DNA of 61,762 nt, counting the filler. It is 6 parts of 6 records of this genome, joined end to end, with 100 filler letters (N's around TTAATTAATTAA, not from the genome) between each part and the next. Parts side by side here need not be neighbours in the genome. Positions count along the whole stretch, not along the records: positions 37,292 to 51,384 come from SRR20825006_419; positions 51,485 to 61,762 come from SRR20825006_423; 4 more parts are not named here. One strand, written 5' to 3'. Below are positions 42,381 to 52,324 of this stretch, one piece after another. The position numbers and the translations under genes are program-made. The notes beneath the pieces are model-generated. The model ran no database searches. It was not told where the DNA came from and saw nothing but the letters and a program-made list of their open reading frames with translations. How positions within the stretch are numbered: the first letter of the stretch is position 1; each line of letters begins with the position of its first letter.

Positions 42381-44162
42381 TTATTTTGACTGAAGGATCA
42401 CTCGAGTGCCTTGAGTAAGTTGCGTTTCAATTTGAAGTGTTGCGCCTATGTCTTGAGCGCGCTTTTTCATATTACCTAAGCCATTGCCCTGCTGATGATT
42501 TTTAAGATCAAAACCATTGCCATCGTCAACAACAGCGACTTTAAATTGATCAGCATCCCAGACCTGCATAGTAACCTGAATATTTTGAGCTTCAGCATAT
42601 TTTAAAGCATTATTGACCGCTTCTTGTATCACGCGGTAAATATTGACTCCTTCAATTGAAGTAAATATAAAATCAGGAGCTTGTTTCATATTAAAGTCAA
42701 AGCTAAACTGTACGGAATCTTTACTGCTTTGCGCACGCTCAATAAAATTTGAAATACGCGTTTGCAGATCTTCAACCGAAATTTTCTCCTTATTCATCGC
42801 CCATATCGTATCCCTCAACTCATTGATCGTTGTTGAGGTAAAGGCGCTTATCATACTCAGTTTCTCGAGAATACCGCTATCTGCATCTTTGAGTTGATAT
42901 TTGAGATTATCAATACTCGAGATGATAAATGTAAGCTGCGACCCTATGTTATCGTGTAGATCTCTTGAGATGCGTAAGCGCTGTTCCTGAAGCCGATTTT
43001 GGGTCTCAATCTTAGCCAGAGCAACCTGCAATTCGTGCTCTTTTTGCAACTGACTGTTTTTTAATTTCTGCCTGCTGTAGATCAGATATCCTAAAAGTCC
43101 CAGTATAAAGGCTAAAGCCAGACTTCCGTAAATAAATGCATTTTTGCGACGTACTTCCAGATCTTTTTCAGCAAGCTGAGCACGCTGCTCTAAAATCTGA
43201 TTTTCTTTTTTCTCGGTTTCATAATTTAGGTTAAGCTCTGCAATTTTCTTATCTACTTCAAGTCCATTGATACTATCTTTAAAAACTCCATAACGTTCCA
43301 AATAAAATAAAGCAGAATCTGTTTGCCTTAAATTTTTATAGGCCTGAGAAAGCTGTTGATACGTATACTGCTCTAAAAACCTATAGTCCTGTGCGTGAGC
43401 CACGGGTACCGCTTTTTTAAAATAAGATATGGCTTCTTGATTTTTTCCTTCGGCCAAATACACCTCACCAATTTGAGTGAAATTTTCAGCAATACCTTTC
43501 TGATCTCCTATTTCCTCTCTGATTTGTCTTGCCTTTTCAAAATAACTTCTCGCCAAATCATACTTCCCTTGTTGACCATATACTCCTCCTAAATTACTGT
43601 AGCTGTATGGATAGCCTTCTGTGAAATCACGTTTTTTAACTAGTTCTAAACCCTTTTCATAAAAATAAAGGGCACTGTCTAACTGCCCTTGCATTTCTTT
43701 CAACACCCCATAATTATTATAAATACGATCAAGAACATTCTCATAGACTTCTTGTTCGGCAAGCTTCATTCCTCGGTTCATATAGGCTTCAGCTTTAGTC
43801 ATATCATCACGCTTCATTTGGTAGCCTATTTCAGCATTTAAATAAGCTTCCTCCATTTTCAACTCATGTTGTTCAAAAATGCGTAAGGCTTTAAAATTGT
43901 ATTCTAATCGCGCATCAAGATCACCCTCATAACCATAAAGCGTTGCAATTTTTTGAAACGCCTCACCAATTCCCTTAGGATAGTTAAGGGTTTGAGCGTT
44001 CTCTAAATTTTGCTGAAAGATGGTAAAAAGGCTATCGGTTTTTAAAGCGCTGTTTTGAACTAGAATCGCATTTATGGAGTCTATTTTTGCTTTTGAAGTT
44101 TGAGCCGAAAGGTTAGCGAAAAGTATAAAAACCAGTACAAGCAATCTGTAGTTTAAACTCAT
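42381..44162 (-). CDS. Sensor histidine kinase with periplasmic TPR domain (HisKA_3)
   Basis: Signal/TM, TPR repeats (YNNYG, YSNLG), TM, RISRDLHDNIG, EAVNNALKY, DDGNGF and GNGLGNM motifs. Confidence 0.93.
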   Translation of the reverse strand: MSLNYRLLVLVFILFANLSAQTSKAKIDSINAILVQNSALKTDSLFTIFQQNLENAQTLNYPKGIGEAFQKIATLYGYEGDLDARLEYNFKALRIFEQHELKMEEAYLNAEIGYQMKRDDMTKAEAYMNRGMKLAEQEVYENVLDRIYNNYGVLKEMQGQLDSALYFYEKGLELVKKRDFTEGYPYSYSNLGGVYGQQGKYDLARSYFEKARQIREEIGDQKGIAENFTQIGEVYLAEGKNQEAISYFKKAVPVAHAQDYRFLEQYTYQQLSQAYKNLRQTDSALFYLERYGVFKDSINGLEVDKKIAELNLNYETEKKENQILEQRAQLAEKDLEVRRKNAFIYGSLALAFILGLLGYLIYSRQKLKNSQLQKEHELQVALAKIETQNRLQEQRLRISRDLHDNIGSQLTFIISSIDNLKYQLKDADSGILEKLSMISAFTSTTINELRDTIWAMNKEKISVEDLQTRISNFIERAQSSKDSVQFSFDFNMKQAPDFIFTSIEGVNIYRVIQEAVNNALKYAEAQNIQVTMQVWDADQFKVAVVDDGNGFDLKNHQQGNGLGNMKKRAQDIGATLQIETQLTQGTRVILQSK

Positions 44163-44214
44163 AAGAATCTGAATGTATGACAACTAAAATGTTAAATATA
44201 ATTATTTTTTCATT

Positions 44215-44472
44215 TTAGAAAATATCTATTTCAGATTGAATACAAAGTGAATCTTTCAAATTATATCGAAGCAGATTATAACGATCTAAGCCCTTATGGC
44301 GATACTTTATTTGATACTGTGCTAGCGACAATTGCTCTTCTAGGCGTTTTATACGCTGCCTGCTTCGCATTTGATCTCTAGATTTTAATTTTAAACATAT
44401 TAGAACCATACCAGCGGCTAAAAGTAAAACTGGTAATAAAAACCCTAACACGTATGTACTTTCTAAAGTCAT
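44215..44472 (-). CDS. Small single-TM hypothetical protein
   Basis: 85 aa with an N-terminal TM and basic coiled segment; co-oriented directly upstream of the kinase. Confidence 0.65.
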   Translation of the reverse strand: MTLESTYVLGFLLPVLLLAAGMVLICLKLKSRDQMRSRQRIKRLEEQLSLAQYQIKYRHKGLDRYNLLRYNLKDSLCIQSEIDIF

Positions 44473-44488
44473 AGGTTTAATACATTAC

Positions 44489-45232
44489 TTACTCTGTAAA
44501 AATTTTGAGTTGCTTTTTAACTTCCTCGGCAGAAACTTCAGCGTTTTTTGAAGCATACCAGTCTGCCACTTTATCTATAGAAGCCGAATTATCCCGTAAA
44601 CTCACCAGAAACAAATCTATACCCAGTCTCAAAATAATAAGCAAAACCGCTGCAATAAAACCGGCATCGAGATACACCAAGAAAAACCCAGAAAGCACCA
44701 CAACAAACTGCTGAATAAATATGCGCAAATAGGGTTTGATCATCAACTCACTTGCGGTAAATTTCAAATAGCGCTTTTCGCCTAGAAAGTCAGTTGCAAA
44801 AGAAAAGCAGTTATTGAGAATAATACTTGCAAGTAAAAGCCACATTCCGTCTAACTGAAGCAACGTCCAGTAATTCTTTAAAACTGCGATTCCGTCTGTG
44901 AAAAAAGTGCTTCCACCTAACTCAAAAAAGGTAAAAGCAAAAATGCTCTGTATCGCTACAAAAAAACCGTAATGGACAAGAAAAAAGAGAATGATCCCAA
45001 AACCTTGTGTACCTCCGTTGTGTCTTTTAAATCCTACACAAAATGCCATTTTTAGAGCATTTAATAATCCGATTACAATGGTCTCAAGAAAGTAAGCCAT
45101 CACGATACTCCACGGTGTTACAAATCCTACCGCCAACAGCACCAATAAAAACAATGCGTTTGCATACAACGCAGCATTTGATTTGTCTGGAGTTGCGACT
45201 TTTAAAAAAACAGCTGAATTGAACTTTTCCAT
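44489..45232 (-). CDS. Polytopic membrane protein (DUF6498-like)
   Basis: YFLETIVIG, FFLVHYGFF and PYLRIFIQQF motifs; multiple TM helices. Confidence 0.7.
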   Translation of the reverse strand: MEKFNSAVFLKVATPDKSNAALYANALFLLVLLAVGFVTPWSIVMAYFLETIVIGLLNALKMAFCVGFKRHNGGTQGFGIILFFLVHYGFFVAIQSIFAFTFFELGGSTFFTDGIAVLKNYWTLLQLDGMWLLLASIILNNCFSFATDFLGEKRYLKFTASELMIKPYLRIFIQQFVVVLSGFFLVYLDAGFIAAVLLIILRLGIDLFLVSLRDNSASIDKVADWYASKNAEVSAEEVKKQLKIFTE

Positions 45233-45571
45233 CTAAAATACAGTTATGAGTTGAATGCAACACCAAATTGTCACCAATACCAGCACGATTAAAACAAAGC
45301 GTTTAAAATTTGATTTTGATCTTAATTGCTTCGCTCTATAAAAACACAAAAACCCTGTAACTAAAGCAGGAATTGCGATATAAAACTGTAAAAAATAAAG
45401 GTGCAAAAAACTTGCAAGCAGTGCAACGAGCGCATATACCATCGCAGCAAAGCTGTAAAAAAATGCAATTTTGGTCTTAGAAAAACGATACCCAAACTGC
45501 CGTTCTACCACTCTAAAAATCAAGTATCCTAACGGAATACTGAGGCCAACTATGATAAAAATGAGATGCAT
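45233..45571 (-). CDS. Hypothetical 4-TM membrane protein
   Basis: ATG at 45571 (MHLIFIIVG) just downstream of the terminator; four hydrophobic segments; abuts the next gene. Confidence 0.6.
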   Translation of the reverse strand: MHLIFIIVGLSIPLGYLIFRVVERQFGYRFSKTKIAFFYSFAAMVYALVALLASFLHLYFLQFYIAIPALVTGFLCFYRAKQLRSKSNFKRFVLIVLVLVTIWCCIQLITVF

Positions 45572-45583
45572 CCTTTGAGAATT

Positions 45584-45621
45584 AAAACTCCCGAAGCACA
45601 AGAACGATACTTCGGGAATTT
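45584..45621 (-). terminator. Rho-independent terminator after the beta-propeller gene
   Basis: Minus-strand AAATTCCCGAAG…CTTCGGGAGTTTT hairpin. Confidence 0.65.
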
Positions 45622-45624
45622 CTT

Positions 45625-47535
45625 TTAGTTTAAATTATATGCGTAAATGGTTTTATTGTCTGCTTTGTAATACAGCACCCCACCATAATCATCCACTTTA
45701 TATTCCGGCTTTTTATCTTTTAAAACGATCTCTTTTTCAATCTCGCCGTTGGCTTTACTTACTTTTGCCAGACCCGTCCCATCATCAAGTTTAGTTAGGA
45801 TGAATTGTGCATTTTCGGTTGCTGCGGTGGCTTTAAAACGCGTACTTAAATATTCAAAAGAAGCATCCGCCATCCCTGCGAACATATCTTGCGCGCGTTT
45901 GGCTTCTCTTCCGTATTCATTATAATTTCTGAGATTATTGGTATTTACCGCGTGGCTGCGCATATTAGCCCCTGCTGTCATTGCTGAAGTCATTGTCAAT
46001 GCTGTCGTTGCTACCGCGGTTACACCGCCAACGATTTTACCAAACGTGCTGCGACCCGGAGATTTTAGATAGGTATGGTATTGGGTGTCGCCACCAAAAT
46101 CAAGCAAAGCCATATTTTGATCACTGCCTAAGTAAATTCCATCTTCACGAACCGTAAGTGTATTCGGGTTTTCTTTCTCCTCAAATTTCACTTTTGCTAA
46201 GGTTGAAATCTCACTGCTTTCTGCATCAATCGCAAATAGTTCATCATCTGCATTGATCAAGTAACGGTTATTTTTGGCATCAAATGCTGAAGTTACACTA
46301 TTTGCGCTCTTGTATTTCAATGGCTTTTTCCAAACCTGATCTCCGGTTTTTAAATCAACTATGTTGGCATCTTCTGAAGTAATATAGATGAGTCCGTTAG
46401 GCGTTTCTGCCATCAACTTGATATCTTCTCCTGTTTTCAGCGGTTTCTTAAATAACGGAGTACCATCAAAAGACACTTTATTGATTCCACCTTCGTGAAT
46501 ACCGAATAATACACCGTCATCCATCACATAAAAATGCTGTACAAAACCTTTTGTTTTTGGTGCTTTATCCCATAAGTCTTCACCGGTAGAGGCGCTTAAA
46601 AAATTGATCTTAGATTCTGAACGGCCTGCTAGAATACTTTTTCCTGAAGTGTCTTTATCACTCACCACAATGAGCCCCTGAGGTAAGATTTGAAAATTAC
46701 TCACCACGCCTTGTACTTTGGGAGCGTCTTTCCAGATTTCTGCGCCGTTCGTTCCTATTTTATATACTTGGGTATTGGTTTTAGCATCGTTCATTTCGAT
46801 GGCATAGATGTCGCTTTCATCCTCGTTAGTAACCATCCAGTCCACGCCTTTTACTTTATTTTCCCAAAGTGTTTCTCCGGTTTTGGTTTTGGCATAAATT
46901 CCTTGCGTGGTAGGCACAAGCAGCTTGTCTTTCAGCAATAGTGGAGTTCCACTTACCGCAAAAAACTTCATCGTAGTTTTACCCGGTTTCACAAGAAAGA
47001 AAGAGTAGTCGAGTTCGCCCGTAACTAAATCATAAACCGCGATTTTTGGTGTAACCGATTCAGCTTGTCCGCCGCCTTTTTGAAAACCGCTGATAACTAA
47101 TTTACTTTCCGGCATAATCACATCTGCAGTTTGTATGGTTTTCCAATCGTTCTTTTCAGTACTAAAGATCACTTCGCCAGAGATATAATCGATCACTGCT
47201 TTCTTGCTTGAAAATCCAGACAAGGCTTTGATGCCTCCTACCCCATTCTGATCTACCATCAAGTAAGGCGAATTAGGAATGTATTGCACCTCTTCAGGCT
47301 TAACGCTTCCGTAATCGGTAAAATTAAAAACGAGTTCGTTTGATCCCGGTTTGATCCCAACCAGACCATCATTAGTACAAACAACGAGCGTTCCGCCTAA
47401 AGTGAGCGTCATATCGTTGATCCCGGCACCAACATTATAGGTATAATCGGGCGCTTCTGCTTTTTGAGCCCAAGTTACTGCTGTAACAAAAAACAACAGT
47501 AACGCATTTTTTAAATGGTGTAATTTAAGTTTCAT
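45625..47535 (-). CDS. Secreted PQQ-like/BamB-like beta-propeller repeat protein
   Basis: Sec signal (…TWAQ) and repeated (T/S)G(E/D)xxW blades (TGETLW, TGEDLW, TGDQVW). Confidence 0.8.
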   Translation of the reverse strand: MKLKLHHLKNALLLFFVTAVTWAQKAEAPDYTYNVGAGINDMTLTLGGTLVVCTNDGLVGIKPGSNELVFNFTDYGSVKPEEVQYIPNSPYLMVDQNGVGGIKALSGFSSKKAVIDYISGEVIFSTEKNDWKTIQTADVIMPESKLVISGFQKGGGQAESVTPKIAVYDLVTGELDYSFFLVKPGKTTMKFFAVSGTPLLLKDKLLVPTTQGIYAKTKTGETLWENKVKGVDWMVTNEDESDIYAIEMNDAKTNTQVYKIGTNGAEIWKDAPKVQGVVSNFQILPQGLIVVSDKDTSGKSILAGRSESKINFLSASTGEDLWDKAPKTKGFVQHFYVMDDGVLFGIHEGGINKVSFDGTPLFKKPLKTGEDIKLMAETPNGLIYITSEDANIVDLKTGDQVWKKPLKYKSANSVTSAFDAKNNRYLINADDELFAIDAESSEISTLAKVKFEEKENPNTLTVREDGIYLGSDQNMALLDFGGDTQYHTYLKSPGRSTFGKIVGGVTAVATTALTMTSAMTAGANMRSHAVNTNNLRNYNEYGREAKRAQDMFAGMADASFEYLSTRFKATAATENAQFILTKLDDGTGLAKVSKANGEIEKEIVLKDKKPEYKVDDYGGVLYYKADNKTIYAYNLN

Positions 47536-47594
47536 AATTGTACAGGTTAAAAGTTTTTACAGTCTCAAAATTGCCTGATTATCAAGCGACAATA

Positions 47595-47614
47595 AATACG
47601 GCAATTGCCCTATT
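47595..47614. promoter_or_regulatory. Palindromic operator copy 2 (AATACGGCAATTGCCCTATT)
   Basis: Extends to a 28-bp palindrome (47591-47618) with one mismatched pair; 21 bp from the -7-like element CAATTTTG (47566-47573). Confidence 0.8.
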
Positions 47615-47643
47615 TATTCTAAAATCATCTGTGTATCAGGGTT

Positions 47644-47685
47644 AAAAAAGAAGCCAAAAGAAGGTTTGTACCAACTCTTGGCTTC
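47644..47685 (-). terminator. Rho-independent terminator after the lipoprotein gene
   Basis: Minus-strand GAAGCCAAGAG…CTTTTGGCTTC followed by TTTTTT. Confidence 0.7.
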
Positions 47686-47718
47686 ACGTAAAAACCTCAA
47701 CACTTGAGATTTTATATA

Positions 47719-48228
47719 TTATTGAATCGACACATTAAATTGACCGTTGGTTACGGCTACGGTTTTGCTGGTATCGCTAGTTAGATACCCTGTAAAATTG
47801 AAGGTTCCTGTGACGGTGCCACCAGCGGTATATTCGGCGATCTTGATTTCGCCATTAGACGCCGCTCCTGTTGAAGTGGTAAACACCATCGCACTATTGA
47901 AGTTTGAAGTGTCTTCGAGATACGTATAACTGCCCAGACTCACACTGTTAAGGTCATACGTGCCCACACCTTCAAAACCAATAATCGAGATCTGAATATT
48001 TTCAGAATCCATCGTACCTCCGGAAATGGTAAGGACTTGTATTCCGCCGGAATTGCTCTCTACTGCGGTAGTCGCTTCGGGAAAGGATTCAAAAGAGTCG
48101 CCGTCAACGGTAGCGGTCAATTCGCCATCGCCGGCTGCGCTTGTGCCGCCATCATCGTCTTTAGAACACGCTGTTAAAACGAGTAGGCTAAAAAGTAATA
48201 CTGAAGTAATTCTTGTAATTGTTTTCAT
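47719..48228 (-). CDS. Lipoprotein (DUF6252-like beta-sandwich)
   Basis: Lipobox LTAC followed by SKDDD; LTATVDG…GTFNFTG…VTNGQF motifs. Confidence 0.8.
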   Translation of the reverse strand: MKTITRITSVLLFSLLVLTACSKDDDGGTSAAGDGELTATVDGDSFESFPEATTAVESNSGGIQVLTISGGTMDSENIQISIIGFEGVGTYDLNSVSLGSYTYLEDTSNFNSAMVFTTSTGAASNGEIKIAEYTAGGTVTGTFNFTGYLTSDTSKTVAVTNGQFNVSIQ

Positions 48229-48280
48229 GGTTTTAGGTTTAAAGTACAGAACAAAACTCCTGTAAATCAAAGCGCTAAAC

Positions 48281-48300
48281 CATAAGGCATTTGCCGTATT
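48281..48300. promoter_or_regulatory. Palindromic operator copy 3 (CATAAGGCATTTGCCGTATT)
   Basis: Matches copies 1 and 2; 21 bp from the -7-like element GAGTTTTG (48252-48259). Confidence 0.75.
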
Positions 48301-49247
48301 TAAAACTGAATATGCGGAAAATCTGCTTGTAAAGCGCGTTTTTTAGCCTCTAAGTTTCTGAGGAATTTCTGATGCGCTTCAGAATCTATATTGAAGGGTT
48401 TGTGCGCTAAACCCCGCTGAATTTCTTGAACCTTTTGCATTGTTTTTTGTGTTGCTTCAGAAAAGTAAACCGAAGAAAAACGCTCCCAGATATAATCTAC
48501 CGCCAAAGCATTAGGATGGATTAAATCTCTGTCATAAAAACGATAATCACGAAGCTCATCCATCATAAGTTCGTACGACGGAAAATACGCGGTATGCTGT
48601 GATTCGTCTAAAACCTGATGCATTCCCGCTAGCAAATGAGCTTTACTCCGCTGATTTTCTACAAAACCATCTTTAGTGTGTCGCACAGGCGAAACGGTGA
48701 AAATCACTTCCGTTTGCGAATTCACTTTTGCGATCGCCGAAAGCATACATCGCGTAGTTGCTGCGATCTTATCAATAGAAGCTAATTCTTTCTGAAAAGC
48801 TTTCTGCGGAATCTTATGACAATTGGCGACAATTTTATTTTGTTCCAAATGACGATACCCCCAAGCCGTACCCAAAGTGATCACAATATGCGATGCTTGC
48901 GCTAGCTGAAGTTTGGTCTCTACGAGTGCCTCATTCAATATCTTGATAGTTTCTTCGGCTGATGAAGTGCTCAATACGGAATGTGCGTCAAAGCTTACAA
49001 ACCTGCCTTGAGTTTCTTCAAGATCAGCTTCGGAAAGCTGCTCACCAGAAACCGCAAATTCTAAAAACCGCGCGATCGCCTCCGGATGAAATAAAATCCC
49101 AAACGGATTTATCGCAGTTCGGAATTTATAGTACTCCAGCTTGGCTCCAATATTTTCTACAAAACAACTTCCTACCAAAAACAAACGCGAGTGATAATCA
49201 ATAGGATTACCACTCGGTTTTAAAGGTATGGTTGTTTGTAATTTCAA
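48300..49247 (-). CDS. GSCFA domain (SGNH-like) protein
   Basis: GSCFVENIG, ITLGTAW, NCHK, TVSPVRH, YFPSYE and DLIHP motifs. Confidence 0.9.
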   Translation of the reverse strand: MKLQTTIPLKPSGNPIDYHSRLFLVGSCFVENIGAKLEYYKFRTAINPFGILFHPEAIARFLEFAVSGEQLSEADLEETQGRFVSFDAHSVLSTSSAEETIKILNEALVETKLQLAQASHIVITLGTAWGYRHLEQNKIVANCHKIPQKAFQKELASIDKIAATTRCMLSAIAKVNSQTEVIFTVSPVRHTKDGFVENQRSKAHLLAGMHQVLDESQHTAYFPSYELMMDELRDYRFYDRDLIHPNALAVDYIWERFSSVYFSEATQKTMQKVQEIQRGLAHKPFNIDSEAHQKFLRNLEAKKRALQADFPHIQF

Positions 49248-49253
49248 TTGCTA

Positions 49254-51384
49254 TTAACCCAAATACGTTTTTACTTCGTTAAGCGCTTGAGCGATTCCGT
49301 CAGGATTTTTACCTCCTGCGGTTGCAAAAAACGGCTGACCGCCACCGCCACCTTGGATGAATTTACCCAGCTCACGTACGATGGTTCCTGCATTTAAGTC
49401 TTTCGCTTTAGCTAATTCCTTATCAATATAACAGCTTAACAATGCCTTTCCGCCTTGACGCGATGCCAATAAAAGAAAAAGATTATCTACTTCACCACCC
49501 AACTGAAATGCTAAATCTTTGATTCCGTTTGCGTCGAGATCGACTTCTTTGGCAAGAAACTGAACACCATTCACTTCTTGAATTTCATTCTTCAATTCGC
49601 CTTTTACATTCTTTGCTTTTTCAGCAAGAAGCACTTCTAACTGCTTTTTAAGCTCGTTATTTTCAGACTGAAGACTTTCAATAGATTTTGCAGGCTCTTT
49701 GGTGTTGTTCAATAAACCACGCACCGCCTCTAACTGTTCATCCTGCTCTTCAAAATACTGCATCACCGCATCTCCGGTAATCGCTTCAATACGACGAATT
49801 CCAGAAGCTACAGCACTTTCTGATTTGATCTTGAAATACCAAATATCGGCAGTATTCTCAGCATGGGTTCCTCCGCACAATTCCATTGATTTTCCAAAAC
49901 GAATGGTACGCACCGCATCGCCATACTTTTCACCAAATAGCGCAATCGCACCTTCAGCGATCGCCTGATCGTAAGGGATTGCACGCTGCTCTTCAAGGGG
50001 CAATTGCTCTTGAATACGTGCATTTACAAACTGCTCAATATCCTTAAGTTCTTCGGCAGTTACTTTTGAGAAGTGCGAGAAATCAAAACGTAAATAGCCG
50101 CTATGCACCATAGAACCTTTTTGCTCTACGTGTGTTCCCAGAACGGCACGCAATGCCTGATGCAGCAAGTGGGTCGCCGAGTGATTCGCTTGCGTTCTGT
50201 AACGCTGTTTTGCATCTACGACTGCAGTAAACGTCTCATTTAAATTCTTCGGAAGATTTTTAGAAAGGTGAATAATCAAATTATTTTCTTTCTTGGTGTC
50301 AGTGATGTAAACCACATCGCCGTTGGCCGCTTCCAGATATCCTTTATCGCCAACCTGACCACCACCTTCAGCATAAAACGGAGTAAGATTAAAAACCAAC
50401 TGGTATTGGTCTCCTTCTTTCTTCGTGTTTATTTTTCGGTAACGGGTAATGCGAACCGGAGTTTGCAGTGTGTCATATCCTACAAATTCTTCCTCGCTAT
50501 CTTCTTCGACTACCGTCCAGTCTCCTGCTTCAATTTTTCCGGCAGCACGAGAACGGTCTTTTTGTTTTTGTAATTCGTTTTGAAATGCTTTCTCATCAAG
50601 CGTGTATCCCTTTTCTGAAAGAATCAACGCGGTAAGGTCTATAGGAAAACCATAAGTGTCGTACAATTCAAAAGCCTTTGCTCCTGAAACTTCTTTTCCT
50701 TTAGTTTCTGTAATGATCGAATCGAGCAACACCAGACCTTGATCTAGCGTACGTAAAAAGCTTTGCTCTTCTTCTTTAATTACATTGAAAATAAGATTCT
50801 GTTGCTTTTTAAGTTCAGGGAAGGCTTTGCCCATCTCATCTACAAGAACGTTTACCAGTTTGTAAATAAACGGTTCTTTGGTATTTAAAAAGGTAAAACC
50901 ATAACGTACTGCACGGCGTAAAATACGACGAATTACATAACCTGCTCCCGTGTTACTTGGCAACTGGCCGTCTGCAATTGAGAATGCTACCGCACGCACG
51001 TGATCTGCGATCACGCGAATAGCGATATCTGTTTCCTCGCTCTGGCCATATTTTGAATGCGTTATGGTCTCGATCTCGCGAATGAGCGGCGTAAACACAT
51101 CGGTATCATAGTTTGATGTTTTACCCTGAAGCACCATACACAGACGCTCAAAACCCATCCCGGTGTCAATATGTCGCGCTGGAAGGTTTTCAAGTGAACC
51201 GTCTGCTTTTCTATTGAATTGTATAAAAACGAGGTTCCAGATCTCTACCACTTGCGGGTGATCTGCATTGACCAGTTCTGCTCCGGGAGTTTTTGCTTTT
51301 TCTTCTTCAGAACGTAGATCTACGTGTATTTCTGAGCAAGGACCACACGGACCCTGATCGCCCATTTCCCAGAAATTATCTTTT
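49254..51384 (-). CDS. alaS: Alanine--tRNA ligase (partial, 5' truncated)
   Basis: [40 protein letters not shown] and GGGGG DHHA1 end. Confidence 0.97.
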
Positions 51385-51484
51385 NNNNNNNNNNNNNNNN
51401 NNNNNNNNNNNNNNNNNNNNNNNNNNNNTTAATTAATTAANNNNNNNNNNNNNNNNNNNNNNNNNNNNNNNNNNNNNNNNNNNN
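51385..51484. other. Artificial contig spacer
   Basis: N44-TTAATTAATTAA-N44. Confidence 0.97.
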
Positions 51485-52099
51485 GTTGTCGAACCAGGAA
51501 TCGATGATCAGGGCCTGCAGATCTGATTCGCGCTCACCTTCCGGGGAGGGGATACGCTCGACCAACTGTTCCAGCAGATCATCCACACCCACGCCGGTCT
51601 TCGCCGACACCCGGCAGGCATCATGAGCATCCAGACCAATAATTTCCTCGATCTCGTTGATCACCATTTCCGGCTCGGCCTGGGGCAGGTCGATCTTGTT
51701 CAGGACCGGCAGCACTTCCAGGTCCTGTTCGATGGCGGTGTAGCAATTAGCCACGGACTGGGCTTCCACACCCTGGGCAGCGTCCACCACCAGCAGCGCC
51801 CCTTCACAGGCCGACAGGGAGCGCGAGACCTCGTAGGAGAAATCCACGTGCCCCGGCGTATCAATAAAATTCAACTGGTAGGTTTCGCCATCACGGGCCT
51901 TGTAGTACAAGGTCACACTTTGGGCCTTGATGGTAATGCCCCTTTCCCGCTCAAGCTCCATGGAATCCAGCACCTGAGACTTCAGCTCACGGTCACTAAG
52001 GCCGCCGCAAACCTGGATAAAGCGGTCTGCCAACGTGGATTTGCCATGGTCGATATGGGCAATGATGGAAAAGTTGCGAATATTCTTGATGTCAGTCAT
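51485..52099 (-). CDS. lepA: Elongation factor 4 (partial, 3' truncated)
   Basis: [28 protein letters not shown] and NKID motifs. Confidence 0.97.
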
Positions 52100-52324
52100 A
52101 AGGCCTGTTGAACAAAAAGTCGTTGCCGCACCGATACTTCCCACCCCCTGGTTACACCAAGGATCAGAAAGAACCGTCCTGCTGCCCAACCCTGCGCCGG
52201 ACAACACACCGTGATACTCAAAACGACAAACAATGGGCCGCGATTCTAGCGGATATCGGGGGGGAGTTGCACGGCGCACCGTCCGGTGCGCCGAAAAACC
52301 CTGTGTCAGGCCCTGAAAAAGGGG

